63,084 bases of DNA, from NCBI RefSeq assembly GCF_004010195.1, contig NW_025215097.1:1-63084 (forward strand). Direction: 5' to 3'. Each line of letters starts with the position of its first letter. Positions within the stretch are counted from its first letter, which is position 1. This stretch comes from Chiloscyllium plagiosum (lineage: Eukaryota). The notes below the pieces were generated by a model. That model did no database searches and was not told where the DNA came from. It worked only from the letters and a program-made list of their open reading frames with translations. The translations under genes were made by a program, and so were the position numbers. This document shows, one piece after another, positions 1-12,821 of the stretch.

Positions 1-487
1 GGTTGCAGAAATGATGTACAAGAATGTTATTGGGGCTGGAAGGTTTGAATTATAAGGAGAGGCTGGATAGGCAGGGACTTTTTTCCTGGAAGATGTGAGG
101 TTGAGGGGTGACCTTACAGAGGTTTATAAAATCATGAGGGACATGGATAAGGTGAATAGTGAAGATCTTTTCCCCAGGGTAGAGGAGTTCAAAGCTAGAG
201 GGTAAAGTTTGAGGGTGAGAGGACAAAGATGTAAAAGGAACCTGAGAAGCAACTTTTTCACACAGACAATGGTACATGTGTGGAATGAATTGCCAGAAGA
301 AGTGGTGGATGCAGGTACGGTTACAACATTTAAAAGACATTTGGACAGGTACATGAATAGGAAAGGTTTAGTGGGATAGGGGCTAAATGCAGGCAAATGA
401 GACTAATTTAGTTTGAGAAATCTGGTTGGCATGGATGAGTTGGATAGAGGGTTTTTTTTTCCATACTGCATGACTCAATGACTCTAT
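1..487 (+). mobile_element. CR1-clade (HER1-like) LINE, 3' end
   Basis: Disrupted ORF2 C-terminus (RLDR.GLFSLE..RLRGDL.EVYKIM..MDKV; VWNELPEEVV) followed by the tail CATACTGCATGACTCAATGACTCTAT. Confidence 0.9.
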
Positions 488-576
488 ACTACATCAACCA
501 AAGTCAAAAATCCTGTTGCCGAGGCAGAAAGTGAGTGTATGAACACAGGAATACATTAACATTAGAAACAGAAACA

Positions 577-773
577 CAAGTAAACCATTCAGTCGCTCAA
601 ACTTGTTCTGACATTCAATGACATCACAGTTGATTAGTTTAGTCCCATTTGCACATTCTCCCCGTGTCTGCGTGGGTTTCCTCCGGGTGCTCCGGTTTCC
701 AAGTAAACCATTCAGTCGCTCAAACTTGTTCTGACATTCAATGACATCACAGTTGATTAGTTTAGTCCCATTT
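577..773 (+). repeat. 74-bp perfect direct duplication (577-650 and 700-773) flanking an internal HE1 SINE fragment (651-699)
   Basis: CAAGTAAACC...GTCCCATTT occurs twice; the spacer GCACATTCTCCCCGTGTCTGCGTGGGTTTCCTCCGGGTGCTCCGGTTTC matches the SINE body at about 54830-54878. Confidence 0.95.
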
Positions 774-1124
774 ACTCTCAGTAATCTTTGACTGCCTTGA
801 TATGTTTCCACTTTCAGGAGATGGAGAAATCTTGGGGTGTATTTTGTCAGTGGATAATGACAGCATCCCTTAATATCCTGCTCCCTGCCTGCACCAATTT
901 CCTTGCTTCTCTGCCCTCCCAGCTCATCACCACCAATATGTTTCAAAACTTCCATGGAGAAGGTAATAGGACAGGAAAGATGAAACCAAATGACTTAATG
1001 ACGTTTCTTCAACCAAACTATTTTGCAATCATGGATCTGACAAAATATAAATAGTGTAATAGTGTATAGTGCATGTAAAACTTTTGGTAGGTACAGAATT
1101 GAAGAGAATGAATCTTACCTGGAC

Positions 1125-1265
1125 ATTTGCTTCTTGCTGTTGTGGGACCTTATGCTGGCTGCACTTTTCCCTATGTTATTAAATTAACCACAATAAAAAC
1201 AAGGTGACTCACTGGCTTAGAAATGCTTTGGAACAATGTGAACAATATGCTGTAAATGACTGTTC
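1125..1265 (+). mobile_element. Degenerate DeuSINE (SacSINE1-like) 3' fragment
   Basis: TGCTGTTGTGGGACCTT...GGCTGCAC...AATGCTTTGGAAC...TGCTGTAAATG, similar to copies at 9545 and 24500. Confidence 0.5.
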
Positions 1266-1289
1266 ATTCATTCATTCAGTAAAGAAGAT

Positions 1290-2075
1290 ATGTAAGAACA
1301 AAGGAAATAGAGGAGTAGACCATACCATGCCTGAAACCTGCTCTATCATTCAATTTCATCATCAATTAATTTTTGCACTCTGCTTCCATACATTCTCAAC
1401 AATTCCCTTGATTTCCTGTCTACCTTAACTTTAAATATACTCAATGATGGAGGACCCAGGCTCACTAATTACATTAGGAGAAAGTGAGGACTGCAAATGC
1501 TGAAGATCAGAGTCGAGAATGTGGTGCTGGAAAAGCACAGCTAGTCAGGTAGTATCCGAGAAGCAGGAGAATCAATGTTTCGGGCATAAGCCCTTCATCA
1601 GAAATGAGGAAAGGCTTATGCCCAAAACATTGATTCTCTCACTCCTCGAATGCTGCCTGACCAGCTGTGCTTTTCCAGCACCTCACTCTTGTCACTAATT
1701 CCATTCACAATCCTCTGAGTGAAGAAATTTCTCTCCATCTCAATCCTAAGTAATTCACTCTAACCATGCTAGCTTCCTCAAGACAAAGGAAACAAATTTT
1801 CTGTGTCCACCCTGTGACGTCTCATTTTACATCAATATGTTTCATTTAAATGACCTCTCATTCTTTCAAACTCCAGAGAATTTAATTATAAAGTGCACAG
1901 GTTCACATCAGGAAGCTACTCTTTCATGCCCAGGAATAAATCTAGTTAGCCTATGTTGTGCCATCCCCAAATAGATATTGGAAACAAAAACTGCACACAA
2001 CACTCAGTCTCACCAAAGCCCACTACATCTACAGAAAGACATTTTTAGTAAGCCAATCCACATGATTTAAAGCCA
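1290..2075 (-). mobile_element. Old CR1-type LINE 3' remnant, interrupted by a palindromic insert
   Basis: Reverse-oriented tail (GAAATAGAGGAGTAGACCAT...CCTGCTCTATCATTCAAT) and ORF2 remnants (CCTCTGAGTGAAGAAATTTCTC; AAAACTGCACACAACACTC). Confidence 0.6.
1476..1691 (-). mobile_element. Palindromic Penelope-like-element-derived insert, family A
   Basis: Inverted arms of about 85 bp centred near 1605; TSD TCACTAATT(A/C)CATT at 1462-1475 and 1692-1705; hammerhead-like core on the minus strand at 1571-1604. Confidence 0.8.
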
Positions 2076-2602
2076 ACAGAGACTCCAGGATATACACCTA
2101 TTTGGCCCAAGAAGGGTAGAGCTAGAGCATTTCTGATTTAGCAGGTTCAGCATTTGGGTCTGATTGGTTGTAGTAGAAGGCTATTGAATCTTAAATTTAC
2201 GCATTAGGTTAATCCCATCTCATAATCCTGTCAAACACTTGCCACAAAATGGTGAGGTGCACTACCTCCTGATCAGTTTTATATTATTGAAAGCAGGCAA
2301 TTGGTGCCTTTTTGTTGTATGCGAGGCATCTTGAAGCAGCTTTCACATTCAAACTTCCACCACTAGCAATTATATTCAACGTAGCATACAATTGCTAACA
2401 GATTAATATTGAAATTTGTTAGCTTGGCAGTCAGGAAGTGAAATTTCGCTCTTTCCTGAACATTTTAAACAGCTCAATCAAGCTGCAGCTCTCTTGGGGA
2501 TAGTGTCACGTACATGCCTGAATTCCATGCACATTTTGGTATCATTCCATCATTATCCTCAATAATTGATGATGTAATGACAAAATTGTCACTTCTGCAA
2601 TT

Positions 2603-2895
2603 TGATTAGATTACTTACAGTGTGGAAGCAGGCCCTTCGGCCCAATAAGTCCACACCGACCCTCCGAAGAGTAACCCACCCAGACCCATTTCCCTCTGAC
2701 TAATGTACCTAACACTATGGGCAACTTAGCATGGCAAATTCACCTGACCTGCACATCTTTGGACTGTGGGAGGAAACCGGAGCACCTGGAGAAAACCCAT
2801 GCAGACACGGGGAGAATGAGCAAACTCCATACAGACAGTCGCCCGAGGCTGGAATCTAATCTGGGACCCTGGTGCTGTGAGGCATCGTGCCACCG
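2603..2895 (-). mobile_element. HE1 SINE
   Basis: Reverse complement of the tRNA-like head and V-domain body; tail TTAGATTACTTACAGTGTGGAAGCAGGCCC. Confidence 0.92.
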
Positions 2896-3649
2896 TTTTC
2901 GTTGAGACTCCAGATACACATTTGTTGCAGTTCATCAAGTAACACAATTTGATATTAAGTTTGAAGAGCACTGCTTTTAGGACATTCTCCCCTTACATAA
3001 CTTCAAAAATAAAAGACCCATGAGATATGTAGCTATAAGCCATTTTTCTTTTTATGCATGATTGATAAGTGCTGGTGTCTGTGGAAACATCACTGCAATA
3101 GGATTAAAATAAACATTGGAAGTGGTAATAGGAAAGATACTTCAAATATCAGTGGGTGCAACTTTTGCAGAAATTTATATTAACTTGTACGTGTTAAAAA
3201 GGTAACAGCAAACTTTATATATTAGATCCATGCTGTAAGTGATGGTTGATGTTTTATTAGCTCTCATTAAGTAAAATCATTATGATTAGGGGTGCGGAAC
3301 AAGATAAATCTTGAAACACTAGCACGCTCCATTTAATACCATAATAAGGACTGACACAAGATTAAATAAAGCTACAAAAGCACTTATCAGTGGATACCTT
3401 TGTCTTAACACCAGCATCAAGCAAAATGTTCAAAGGCAAACAGGTGCAGACCCATTTTACATTTCAAAAAGGGTGACTGTCTGTTGTTCAACATTTTAAT
3501 TTGGGTAGCAAGGCTGACAGGCTACATTGTTATGATTTTAAATGAATATGTTATTAAAAAGTGTACAGGTTTTTATGCTATAAACCAGCCCCTTTTCCTT
3601 TGAACTTCCCACCTTTTATTTGGTGGACAAAAAGAAATAAATGTGAAAA

Positions 3650-4055
3650 GAAGAGAAAGGATTGATTTATACAACATTTTCATGGTCACTGGATGTCTGA
3701 AAGTACTTTACAGCCAATGAAGTTCTTCTGAAGCAAACTTCAGAAATGCAGTCACCAATTTGTTTGTACAGTGCACTAATGCAAATTGATCATAATCAGA
3801 ATTTTTCTTGTGATATAGTTTGTGATAAATATTGGCTTTAAATCAGTGATCACTCCCCTATATTTCTTTAAAACAATGGCAAGGTATCTTTGGAGGCGAC
3901 AGATAAATCCTTAACTTTACATCCAAAAGACATTATCTCCAACAGTGCAGCACTCCCTCAGTACTGCAATGGAAATTCAGACTTGAGCTTTATGCTCCGA
4001 TCCTGAGATGGAACTGAAAATCAAAGATTTATGCCTCTCTGGAGAGAGACAATTA
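3650..4055 (-). mobile_element. DeuSINE (SacSINE1-like), near full length, diverged
   Basis: AAAGTACTTTACAGCCAATGAAG and CAACAGTGCAGCACTCCCTCAGTACTGCA motifs in reverse orientation. Confidence 0.7.
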
Positions 4056-5234
4056 AGATTTTTTGAACTAACTTACAACATAGAAGAATTTTGCATATTC
4101 ATCAAATCTTCAGTAATGAAAGATAACAGTTATAACAACAGATGGTCAAATAGATTCTGATTCTGAAAAACTATTCAAGTAGTGTAGATTCATATCTGTC
4201 TCTAGAAGTGGTTAATTCTAAAATGCTTCCATAAGGAGGTAAACTGAAGTGAGCAGGTTGTTTTCAGTAAAGTCTTTTTGATTCATTCATTGTGCATGTT
4301 TTCATTTTAAACTAATCTGCGCAGTTTGTGTCTGTTGAAGAGACAGAAGTGTTTTATCACTCCATTGTTAAACATACTTGACAGTTTTGGCCTACAGCCG
4401 TCGGCAGATTCAGACAGTTAGTTTAAATATTTTGTGAGGTTGAATCATAGAATAATTGTATTCTTGACAATAATTTGCAATAATTTGTAATAAAAATAAA
4501 TGTCCTCAAACATTGAATGATGCCAAGAGAACATAAAATATGCTGCAAGTCTCTGCAAGACCTGAACATCATCACGCCAGTACCTGTAGTAAATTATGTC
4601 CCAAGTTACATGGTATAAGAAGTGACTCAGAAATAATTTATTCCAATGCTTCTTACTGTCACCTAGGAACCTCTAATAAGTAAGTTGTGGATAAGCGCAA
4701 AGCAATACAGTTGAGATTTTGTTTATATGAGTTTTTAAAGACACTAAGGTACTGTGATGGCCTAAGCCTCAGTTGCTATTATGACAGTGTTGTTTCAGCT
4801 GATGCAATCATCATAATACTGCCCAGCTATCTTCAGAATGTAGATTCAAATTGAGCAAACTCACTCCCTCTCTATCCAGCAACATTCTCCTTGGCGCAGA
4901 TACAGTCTTATTCCATCATCTCCAAGAGTTTGACCATAAATCCCAAACAAGCATAGAATGAAAATTTTCTGTCTTTTTATCTTTTTTTGGAACACAGTCC
5001 AGTTATCATTTGAACCTAACCTTGAAGCATATCCAAGATGAACAAGACAAATACCTCTCTTTCTCCCTCCCTTTATGATGGTTGTCAAGGGTCCCATGTG
5101 AGATGTTTTTCTTGTAGGTAAAGTCCATACTTGCTCATTTCAACATGTTATGTAACAGATACTAATCATCAATGTATAGGTTAAACAATAGTTTCTAAAA
5201 TGTTAGGTTTAGTTTATTAATTTGTGGCTTAGAC

Positions 5235-6203
5235 TTATAGAGTCATAGAATCATACGGCATGGAAACAGACCCTTGGTCTAACCAGCCCATGCGAAACAT
5301 AATCCCAAACTAAACTAGTCCCATCTGCCTACCCCTGGCCTATATCCCTCCAACATTTCTATTCATGTACTTATCCAAACGTCTTTTAAACATTGTAATT
5401 GTGTCCACATTCCACATGTGAACCACCCTCTGTGTGAAAATTTTGTCCCTTTTTAAATCTTTCTCCTCTCACCTTAAAAATGTGCCCCCCCAGCCTTGAA
5501 ATTCCCCATCTAGAGAAAAAAAACTACCGTTAACTATATCTATACCTGTCATTATTTTTATAAACTTCAACAAGATCACTCCTCAACCGCCTCTTCTCCA
5601 GTGAGATATGTCCCAGCCTATCAAGCCTTTCTTTATGAATCAAAACTTCCATTCCTGGCAACAACCTGGTAAATCTCTTCTGAACCCTATCTAGCTTAAT
5701 AATATCCTTCCTATAACTGGGCGACGAGAACTGAACACAGTTTTTCTGAAAAGCCTCACCGATGTCCTGTACAACCTCAATATGACTTTCCAACTCCTAT
5801 CCTCAAAAGATTGAACAATGAAGGTAAGCATGCCAAATGCCTTTTTAACCACCCTGTTTAAATGTGATGCAAACTTCAAAGAATTATGTACTTGCACCCT
5901 CTGTTCCACAACACTACCCATGCCCTACTATTAATTGTACAAGTCCTACATTTACTTCTTGTCCCAAAATGCAATACTTCACATTTATCCACATTGAACA
6001 CCATCTGTCATTTTTCAGCCCATTGACTCATTTGATCAAGATCCTTTTGTAATCTTAGAAAACCTTCTTCACAGTCTACTATGCCACCGTATTTGGTGTC
6101 ATCCACAAACTTCCTAATCATGCCTCCTACATTCTCATCAAAATTGTTTATATAAGTGACACTCAAAAGAGGACCCAGAACCGATCCCTGTGGAACATCG
6201 CTG
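5235..6203 (-). mobile_element. CR1 (HER1-like) LINE, 5'-truncated
   Basis: Frameshifted ORF2 pieces (CVQFSSPSYRKDIIKLDRVQKRFTRLLPG; VPQGSVLGP at about 6170-6197) and tail ATAGAGTCATAGAATCATAC. Confidence 0.92.
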
Positions 6204-6799
6204 CTATGGAAATACTAAGGTATAAACTAATTACAACTCTCAATAAGCTTTTATCAGCAAAAAAGCAACTAGGAAAATGCAAGATGTAATATCCCGTTAT
6301 ACTCATTTTGCACCTATGGAAAATGACAACCTCGGTTGACAGTGGTTGACCAGTCACATTGAGAGCAGCTTTCTCGGATACACCCTATAAAACCTACGCT
6401 GCTGCACTGGGTAGCACATTTTCTGAAGCTCTTGTTTGAACAGATCAGTATTCAGAATGCTAGTTGTAACTTCAAAAGAAGTGCAAATGTTTCTGTCCAT
6501 ATTTTTTATGGATGCATAGCTGTTTAACACATCATAAGCAAGTATTCCCAAATATTTAAGTTGCAAGAAGTGGAGATGTTAGTTGCAAGCCACTTTCACG
6601 TAACCAATACCTGCAGTCTTTTCTTGTATGCAAGATTCTCAAGATATTGAGCCACAGGTGCAATGGTTTGTACTGAAATTTAACTGAGAATGCTTGATGC
6701 CAGAATACAGAGTTGGCAAATGCTCAATTGTCCAGGCTGTTGTCTGCATGTGCAAATAACCTCAAGCCAAAACAAAGATAATGGTTCACTTAATCGCTT

Positions 6800-7085
6800 C
6801 ATCTGTGATGAGTTAACTGGTCTTAGCTAGGCTACCAGCCGAGTCACTAGAACTGGCTTCAGTTCATGTGTGGTTGGGAGAAGGAACTATTAATAAAGAA
6901 GGATTCCAGCTCATGATTCTAATCATTTGTGTTGGAAAGTTTGTGCATTGAGAATCTAGATATTGAACAAATAGTCTGTTAGCATTCATTTTCTGGATTC
7001 ATACATGATGAATGGTCAATTGGCGGGCTTGAAGGGTTGCTGGTGACCAGGAGATTATAATCTAATATCAATCAAGAAGGAAAGT
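6800..7085 (+). mobile_element. LF-SINE-like SINE remnant
   Basis: CTGTGATGAGTTAACTGGTCTTAGC...GGATTCCAGCTCATGAT...TGGAAAGT...CATACATGATGAATGGTCAATTGG is collinear with the LF-SINE consensus as recalled. Confidence 0.55.
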
Positions 7086-7279
7086 CACAAAGGCGGAAAA
7101 GAATGCAAATAAAAATTAATCTTCTTCTCAGAAAACCCAAAAGCATTAAGGATGACTTGTTTCCACTTTGATGCAATGGGTTCTCAGAAGGCCAATAAGT
7201 TCAATGTGCGATCTGTGGACTCTACCATAGATGAGCAAGTAATGCTTGAAGACTTGTGTATATTGTTTAGTTTGAAGGT

Positions 7280-7865
7280 GTGTGCATTCCCTCTTACACC
7301 TTGACTTTGCCTCTCCATGTTAATGACTGAATCTCTCCATGTGTTTGGTTTCCAAATGAGCCTCCCCATTTTGATCAGCTGTAAGACAGTTACCCATGGT
7401 ATGTTTGACCTCTTCAAGGATGCTTTGAAGACATCCTTAAAGGGTTTTCAATGTCTCCTGGAGTCTCCTGCCCCAATCAAGTTACCAAGCAAATCAGTTG
7501 CTTCTGAGATCTGAACAGACATATGAATGACATGTCCCATTCAGGGAACTCATTTTAAATGGTCAGCACCTCAATACTGGACAAGCTACCTTGGGAGACA
7601 ACATTGTTATCAGACTGTTCTTCCTGCCATTGATCTTGGAGAATGTTACAAAACACTGTTGATGGTATTCTTCAAGAATAAACAGTTCCTGAAGAAGGGC
7701 TTATGCCTGAAACGTCGATTCTCTTGCTCCTTGGATGCTGCCTGACCTACTGCGCTTTTCCAGCAACACATTTTCAGCTCGGTATTCTTCAATGTCTCTT
7801 CTCTGAGAGGCCAATTAATGTTTGTCCAAGCTTCTAAATCAAGTAGGAGTGTGAGGGTACAATAG
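7280..7865 (-). mobile_element. RTE-clade LINE remnant
   Basis: Minus-strand translation gives YHQQC..ILQ.QWQEE, GHVIHM and FKDVFKASLKRSNIP, typical of the RTE ORF C-terminus. Confidence 0.75.
7676..7780 (+). mobile_element. Single-arm Penelope-like insert, family A, with hammerhead core
   Basis: TSD GGTATTCTTCAA at 7664-7675 and 7781-7792; CTGAAGA-A-GGGC-TTAT-GCCT-GAAACGTC at 7689-7716. Confidence 0.8.
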
Positions 7866-8877
7866 CAATATCATGATTTTAATGCTATATCATCCATCAT
7901 AATGATTTGCTACAACTCAGTATTGCACTATGTCACCTTTAGGAAATGATAATAGACATCAGTGGAAAAGCCAATTGGACTGTAAAAATGCTGATGATTT
8001 TAATTCCAGACAAGAGCATTCTAAGATAATCTCAAAATATATCCTTTCCTCTCCTTTCAGTGTCATTAATGTGAGTTACACCAGTAATCTGGGCTGTGTC
8101 CTGCCCATAATGCTTACTTCTTTGGCATTTTTGTGATCCAGTTGCTGAGTATAGATGTCTGAAAGGACATTCATGCACTGTTACACCTACAATCAGCACT
8201 CCTCCCAACTCTGTATAAAAGCAGAATCCTGAAGCCTAATACGCTTCAGGTCCAATAGAGCCTCAGGTTCACTGTCAAAGATAAAGATTCTGGAGTAGTT
8301 AAAGAGAGAGAGGTGGATCAGTGAAATTCCATGACTGCTTTGTAAACGAGGCATTTGACTTAATAGTTTTGACATGTGGCCTACTCAGAACAGCTTAAAG
8401 GGGTGCTATTATCCAGCAATTATTTACTGGCAAAAGCTTGCATGTACAAGGGATTTGTCAAGTCTTGTTTGAAAATCAGTCTCTCCTGCATCTGCACATC
8501 GGTGTGCACAATACACATTATCATTGATTCTTCTCAATATTAACATAATTATTATATATTTCTGTAACAACAGCCCTGAATCTCATTAGAGGTTGATTTA
8601 TGCCATTAATCCGTTTCTATGCCACAAATTAAACAAAGGCCGAGGCTCTTGAGGTCACGGCAAATTGATCTGAGTCATTAAATATGCTGCTTAGTACACA
8701 GTGACTGAGAGGCAGCCTGGCTGACAGTGACAAAACAGCCTTATTAAAATAAGTAAACAATTGAGAGTGAAAACAGTAAAACAGGATCATAAAATGAAAC
8801 CTCATTTTAAAGTTCTTGAAGAAAAGCACAATGATTTTCCAAGATGTAACTGACTAGGGGATATAAGGGTATGGAAA

Positions 8878-8899
8878 AGAGAGAGAGAGAGAGAGAGAG
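8878..8899 (+). repeat. (GA)n microsatellite
   Basis: Run of about 10 GA units. Confidence 0.9.
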
Positions 8900-9544
8900 A
8901 TGACAAGAGAAAAGAGCACACTGTAGTGACCTTGATGTCCGGAAGTGACAAAACAAGTGAGAAGACAAACAAAGATAACCACGCCCATTGACCCTGAATG
9001 ACTGAACAAATTCTGCTCTGCTGTCAACTCGATAACACCTTCATCAGACACTCTGCATCAGGCCATAACGCAAAAGGCTTGAGAGGAAGTTGGGTGGAGT
9101 GGGAGAACAAAAGAAACAAAAACAGAAAACAAACTCCAAAAGGAAGGAGAGTAGTGAACTGGAGCAGTTCTCGTGGATATTTCTGTTTAGGAGATTCATG
9201 TTCACTTAAACCAATTAGTTTAGGTGTATCCCAAATTGACTTTCAAAGTTGTAACTTTTTATTCAATGAAATCAGCATTAAGCTGTTTCACTATGAGCTA
9301 CATTGTTGACCCAGAGGTATGGATACTACCACTATGCCACAAGAGTATGTTGCTTGTGAAGCCAGCTGTTTGACAGCTTTCATCTGCCTGCCTATTTCAT
9401 TGTTTTCACTATCCAGTCAGCACTAACTGTGCTGTGTAATGGCTAGACACATCAGCCGGAGATGTCTTGGGCAAGTGTTAATGATCCCAAAGAGCAATGT
9501 AGAAGATGAGCTGGGGAATCATCCCGGGTGATTATCTGTTTTTT

Positions 9545-9690
9545 TTTGTCCTTGTGGAATTTGCTGTGCAGAAATTCGCTGCCATATTTCCCACAGAACA
9601 ACAATGACTACACTTCAAAAAGTACTTCAGTACTGTAAAGTATTTTGAAATGTCTGCAAGTTGTGCTATATGGCAGCAAGTCTTTCTGTT
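9545..9690 (+). mobile_element. DeuSINE-like 3' fragment
   Basis: TTGTGGAATTTGCTGTGCAGAAATTCGCTGCC...GACTACACTTCAAAAAGTACTTCA...TGTAAAGTATTTTG. Confidence 0.7.
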
Positions 9691-11130
9691 TTTACTCTCC
9701 TTTACTGACGGTAAGATTGTGCAACATGCAGCAGACTGCCAAAAATCTAGACACCCACTCGGAGGAGTTTCTCCAGAACAGTCCAAGCAGAGGTGGTATG
9801 TTTCAGTGTACCAAAGGATTGTTTGTCACATTTCATGAGGCTTCATTGCATTCATGTCATTCATATGAGCAATCATTCTGCACCAAAGCCATCAGCCATC
9901 TGGTCAGCTGATGTCCCTTGCCACCCTTTGGCTTGCTGTGGTGGCTTAACCGCAGCTGGCACAGTGACTGCTGAAGAAAGAAGGCATCATGACTGTTGTC
10001 AGACATAGATATCAACTTGCTTGATTCGTGGTCACAAACTGGCTAGACCTTGACAGCTATTGAATTCATATGCGCTATTGCCCTCACCAAGAAGGTGCTA
10101 ATATGAGTCACCCTGCTCATTCAGCATTAACACATTTTGGAGGTTCAACAACACTCAATAAAAGAGTAATAATGATCCATATTCTCATCTGGCACAACAG
10201 CAATAATGAAGTTCTGAGGGGATGACGTGAAGTTAAAGTTTTAAAAAAGCATTCAAAATGCAAAGATAACAATTAATTAAATGAATCAATACTTTGTAGT
10301 AATAACTAATCATTAAATGACAGGCTTAAAATGCCAAAGCACAGACATTTAACCCCGATGTTAAAACAATTATTCTGCTTCCTCCAAACAAAATATAAAT
10401 GCTTTCTGTCATTTCTCATTCATGCCTACAGATTGCAAGTAGTTCATTGATTGAAAGGTCAGTCCATTTAATGTTAGTAACCAGCACTCAGCATGCTTTA
10501 TAATAGTATGTGCCACAGTGTTGTGCAAATATTGATGCTGGCCAGTTACCTGGTGTACAAAAATAAGGAAAAAGAAAGACTTGCCTTTATGCTCCTTTTG
10601 TTTCCTGCAATGCTGATGAACTGATCATTTTTAGTATTATCACAAAGAAGTCAGTACTATTAACATCAATGAATAACAAACTAGCCATGATGAGTTAAAA
10701 TCCTAATCTCAAATCATGCAAACCTGGTCAAAGATGACCACAGCATAAATGCTCATTCACTCTCACAGTACTCTCAACAGTTATGATTGCATGAAATACA
10801 CCTTAAGTTGAGGAGGAGTTAAAAAACAATAAAGCTAAACTTACCTTAAAAGCAAGTCTCTGATAAGTCTCAGATGACAAAAAAGTGTGTGCTTTATAAA
10901 GCCGTATACATACTCCACTTCCTGCTAAATGAATAGAAGGCAGATCGATGCAGATATAATTCCATTTTAATCAGGAAACACATTGGTGATCCAATGCATT
11001 GTGTCAAGCTTGGACATAAAATTGGTCTCCAGCCAGAATTATTCATGCACCAATTTCCCAATCTTGATCATATCATTAGGGAAAAGTATATTGAACAAAG
11101 GCTAATCTCTCCCTTAGTGGAAACAGAGAT

Positions 11131-11398
11131 GGGTGGCACAGTGGTTTGCGCTGCTGCCTCACAGCTCCAGGGAGTTGGGTTTGATTCTAGCTTTGGATGA
11201 CTTTGTGTGGAGTTTGCACATTCTCCCTGTGTCTGTGTGGGTCTCCATTGGATGCTCTAGTTTCGTCCTACAGTTCAAAGTTATGCAGGTTAGGTGGGTT
11301 GATTATGATAAGTGCAGGGATAAGGGTGGGTCTGAATGGTCAGTGCAGATTTGAAGGGTGTAACGGCCTTTATTTGCACTGTAGGGATTCCATGATTC
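11131..11398 (+). mobile_element. HE1 SINE (diverged)
   Basis: A-box head GGTGGCACAGTGG, B-box GGTTTGATTC, V-domain body, tail CACTGTAGGGATTCCATG. Confidence 0.9.
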
Positions 11399-12821
11399 GA
11401 GGCGATTGAGAGCCATGGTTTGGGTATTGTGGAATAAGCAGATGATTCACCATTGGTAAACTCCCAAAGATGAACAGCAACCTACTGAAGATGAGCAATG
11501 ACAATGAGTAGGCTGCTTGCATACTGTGTAGACTGAAAAATGGTCCAGGGAATCAAACCACAATCAATTGATAATGTCAGCCAGAATTTATTTGTATAAT
11601 TGCACCAAGGTGACATTAGTTTTATATCGAATAACTTGCTTTTAATTTGAGAAAGCAAAGCATTACGGAATGTTTACAGTAGGTACGGTCTAACATAGTC
11701 AAGCAGAAAATCTGTAAAAGAATCACACTTCAAAGTCAGCTCTAACCCAAATTCATGGAAGTCAGTGGCATTTATATCAAAGTCTGGCATTTTGTTCATC
11801 TAGGACAAGTGTCAGGGCAGTCGTCAGTCTAGTATGGATACAAAGTTCTTTTCAAACTGACTCTGTGTAGTGACCTCTTTTAGAAACAAATCAAGCCACA
11901 ATAAGCAAAGAATACATCACAAATATAAAAGAAAATTACGCTCCCACTTTCAGGAGAAATCAAAATCAATTGGACGCATTTACAGACAGAATGTACGGCA
12001 AATTAAATGATACTGATTGTGTTAATTGAGAGGGAGGCAACGATACAATATGTACTAATTTAATGTAGCCCTCCTGCTGGGAGCAAAGGCAATTTTACCC
12101 TTAATACTCAAAGAGGTTCCTTTTATTTTGCTGACTAGTTCCACTGGGGGACTATTCAGCACAATAGCATTGTTTAATAACATTGCAGTCTATTCATTGT
12201 CACCTCCATTCTGAATAGTCTCACTCCAGAATCTTTATTGTAATGCAACAGTTGATAAATGACCTCCTCAATACAGAGTTGGTCATAAATACATTGCTCA
12301 GTATAGAAGTGAGTGACATATTTCCAACAAGATTCCAGGTTACTGGTTTATGCCAGCTTTATTGATCTTTAGATACAAGGTGGTGGAAATACTATAATCA
12401 ATCATATTACCAGGAATGGTGGATAGGGTTACCAATTCTCCATGACTGGAGAATTTAGTGATTAAATATTATTTTCCAGAAATATCTGCAGGCATCTTAG
12501 GAGAAAATCTGAGGAGACATTAAAAATTGTGTGTCTAAAAATACTTTTTGTAGTAATGTATTAAATATATGAATATTCATGACAGATGAATAAAAGGTTT
12601 TACTAGGAAGGGCAGTTGGCAGTAGGAGGTTATATGATGAAAACTCCAGAAATCTACTAAACTAGATTTTCCAGCCTAGGCAGATTGGCCTAATGTTTTA
12701 CTCACTGGTTATTATTGTACAGAATTGCCATTCAGTCATAAGCTTTCAAATTCTGGCTTTTTTGTTGACTATTGGATGTGAAAAAAATGGATGTCGTACT
12801 GGTTTGCCCTTTTAAAAAAAA

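Noticed and set aside
494..955. 153-aa ORF with an internal peptide repeat
   Set aside because: The repeat is simply the 74-bp duplication around a SINE fragment
818..962. Plus-strand exon-like segment (tttcag|GAG...AAG|gtaata) with one open frame
   Set aside because: Isolated, peptide unrecognised, no partner exons found on the plus strand
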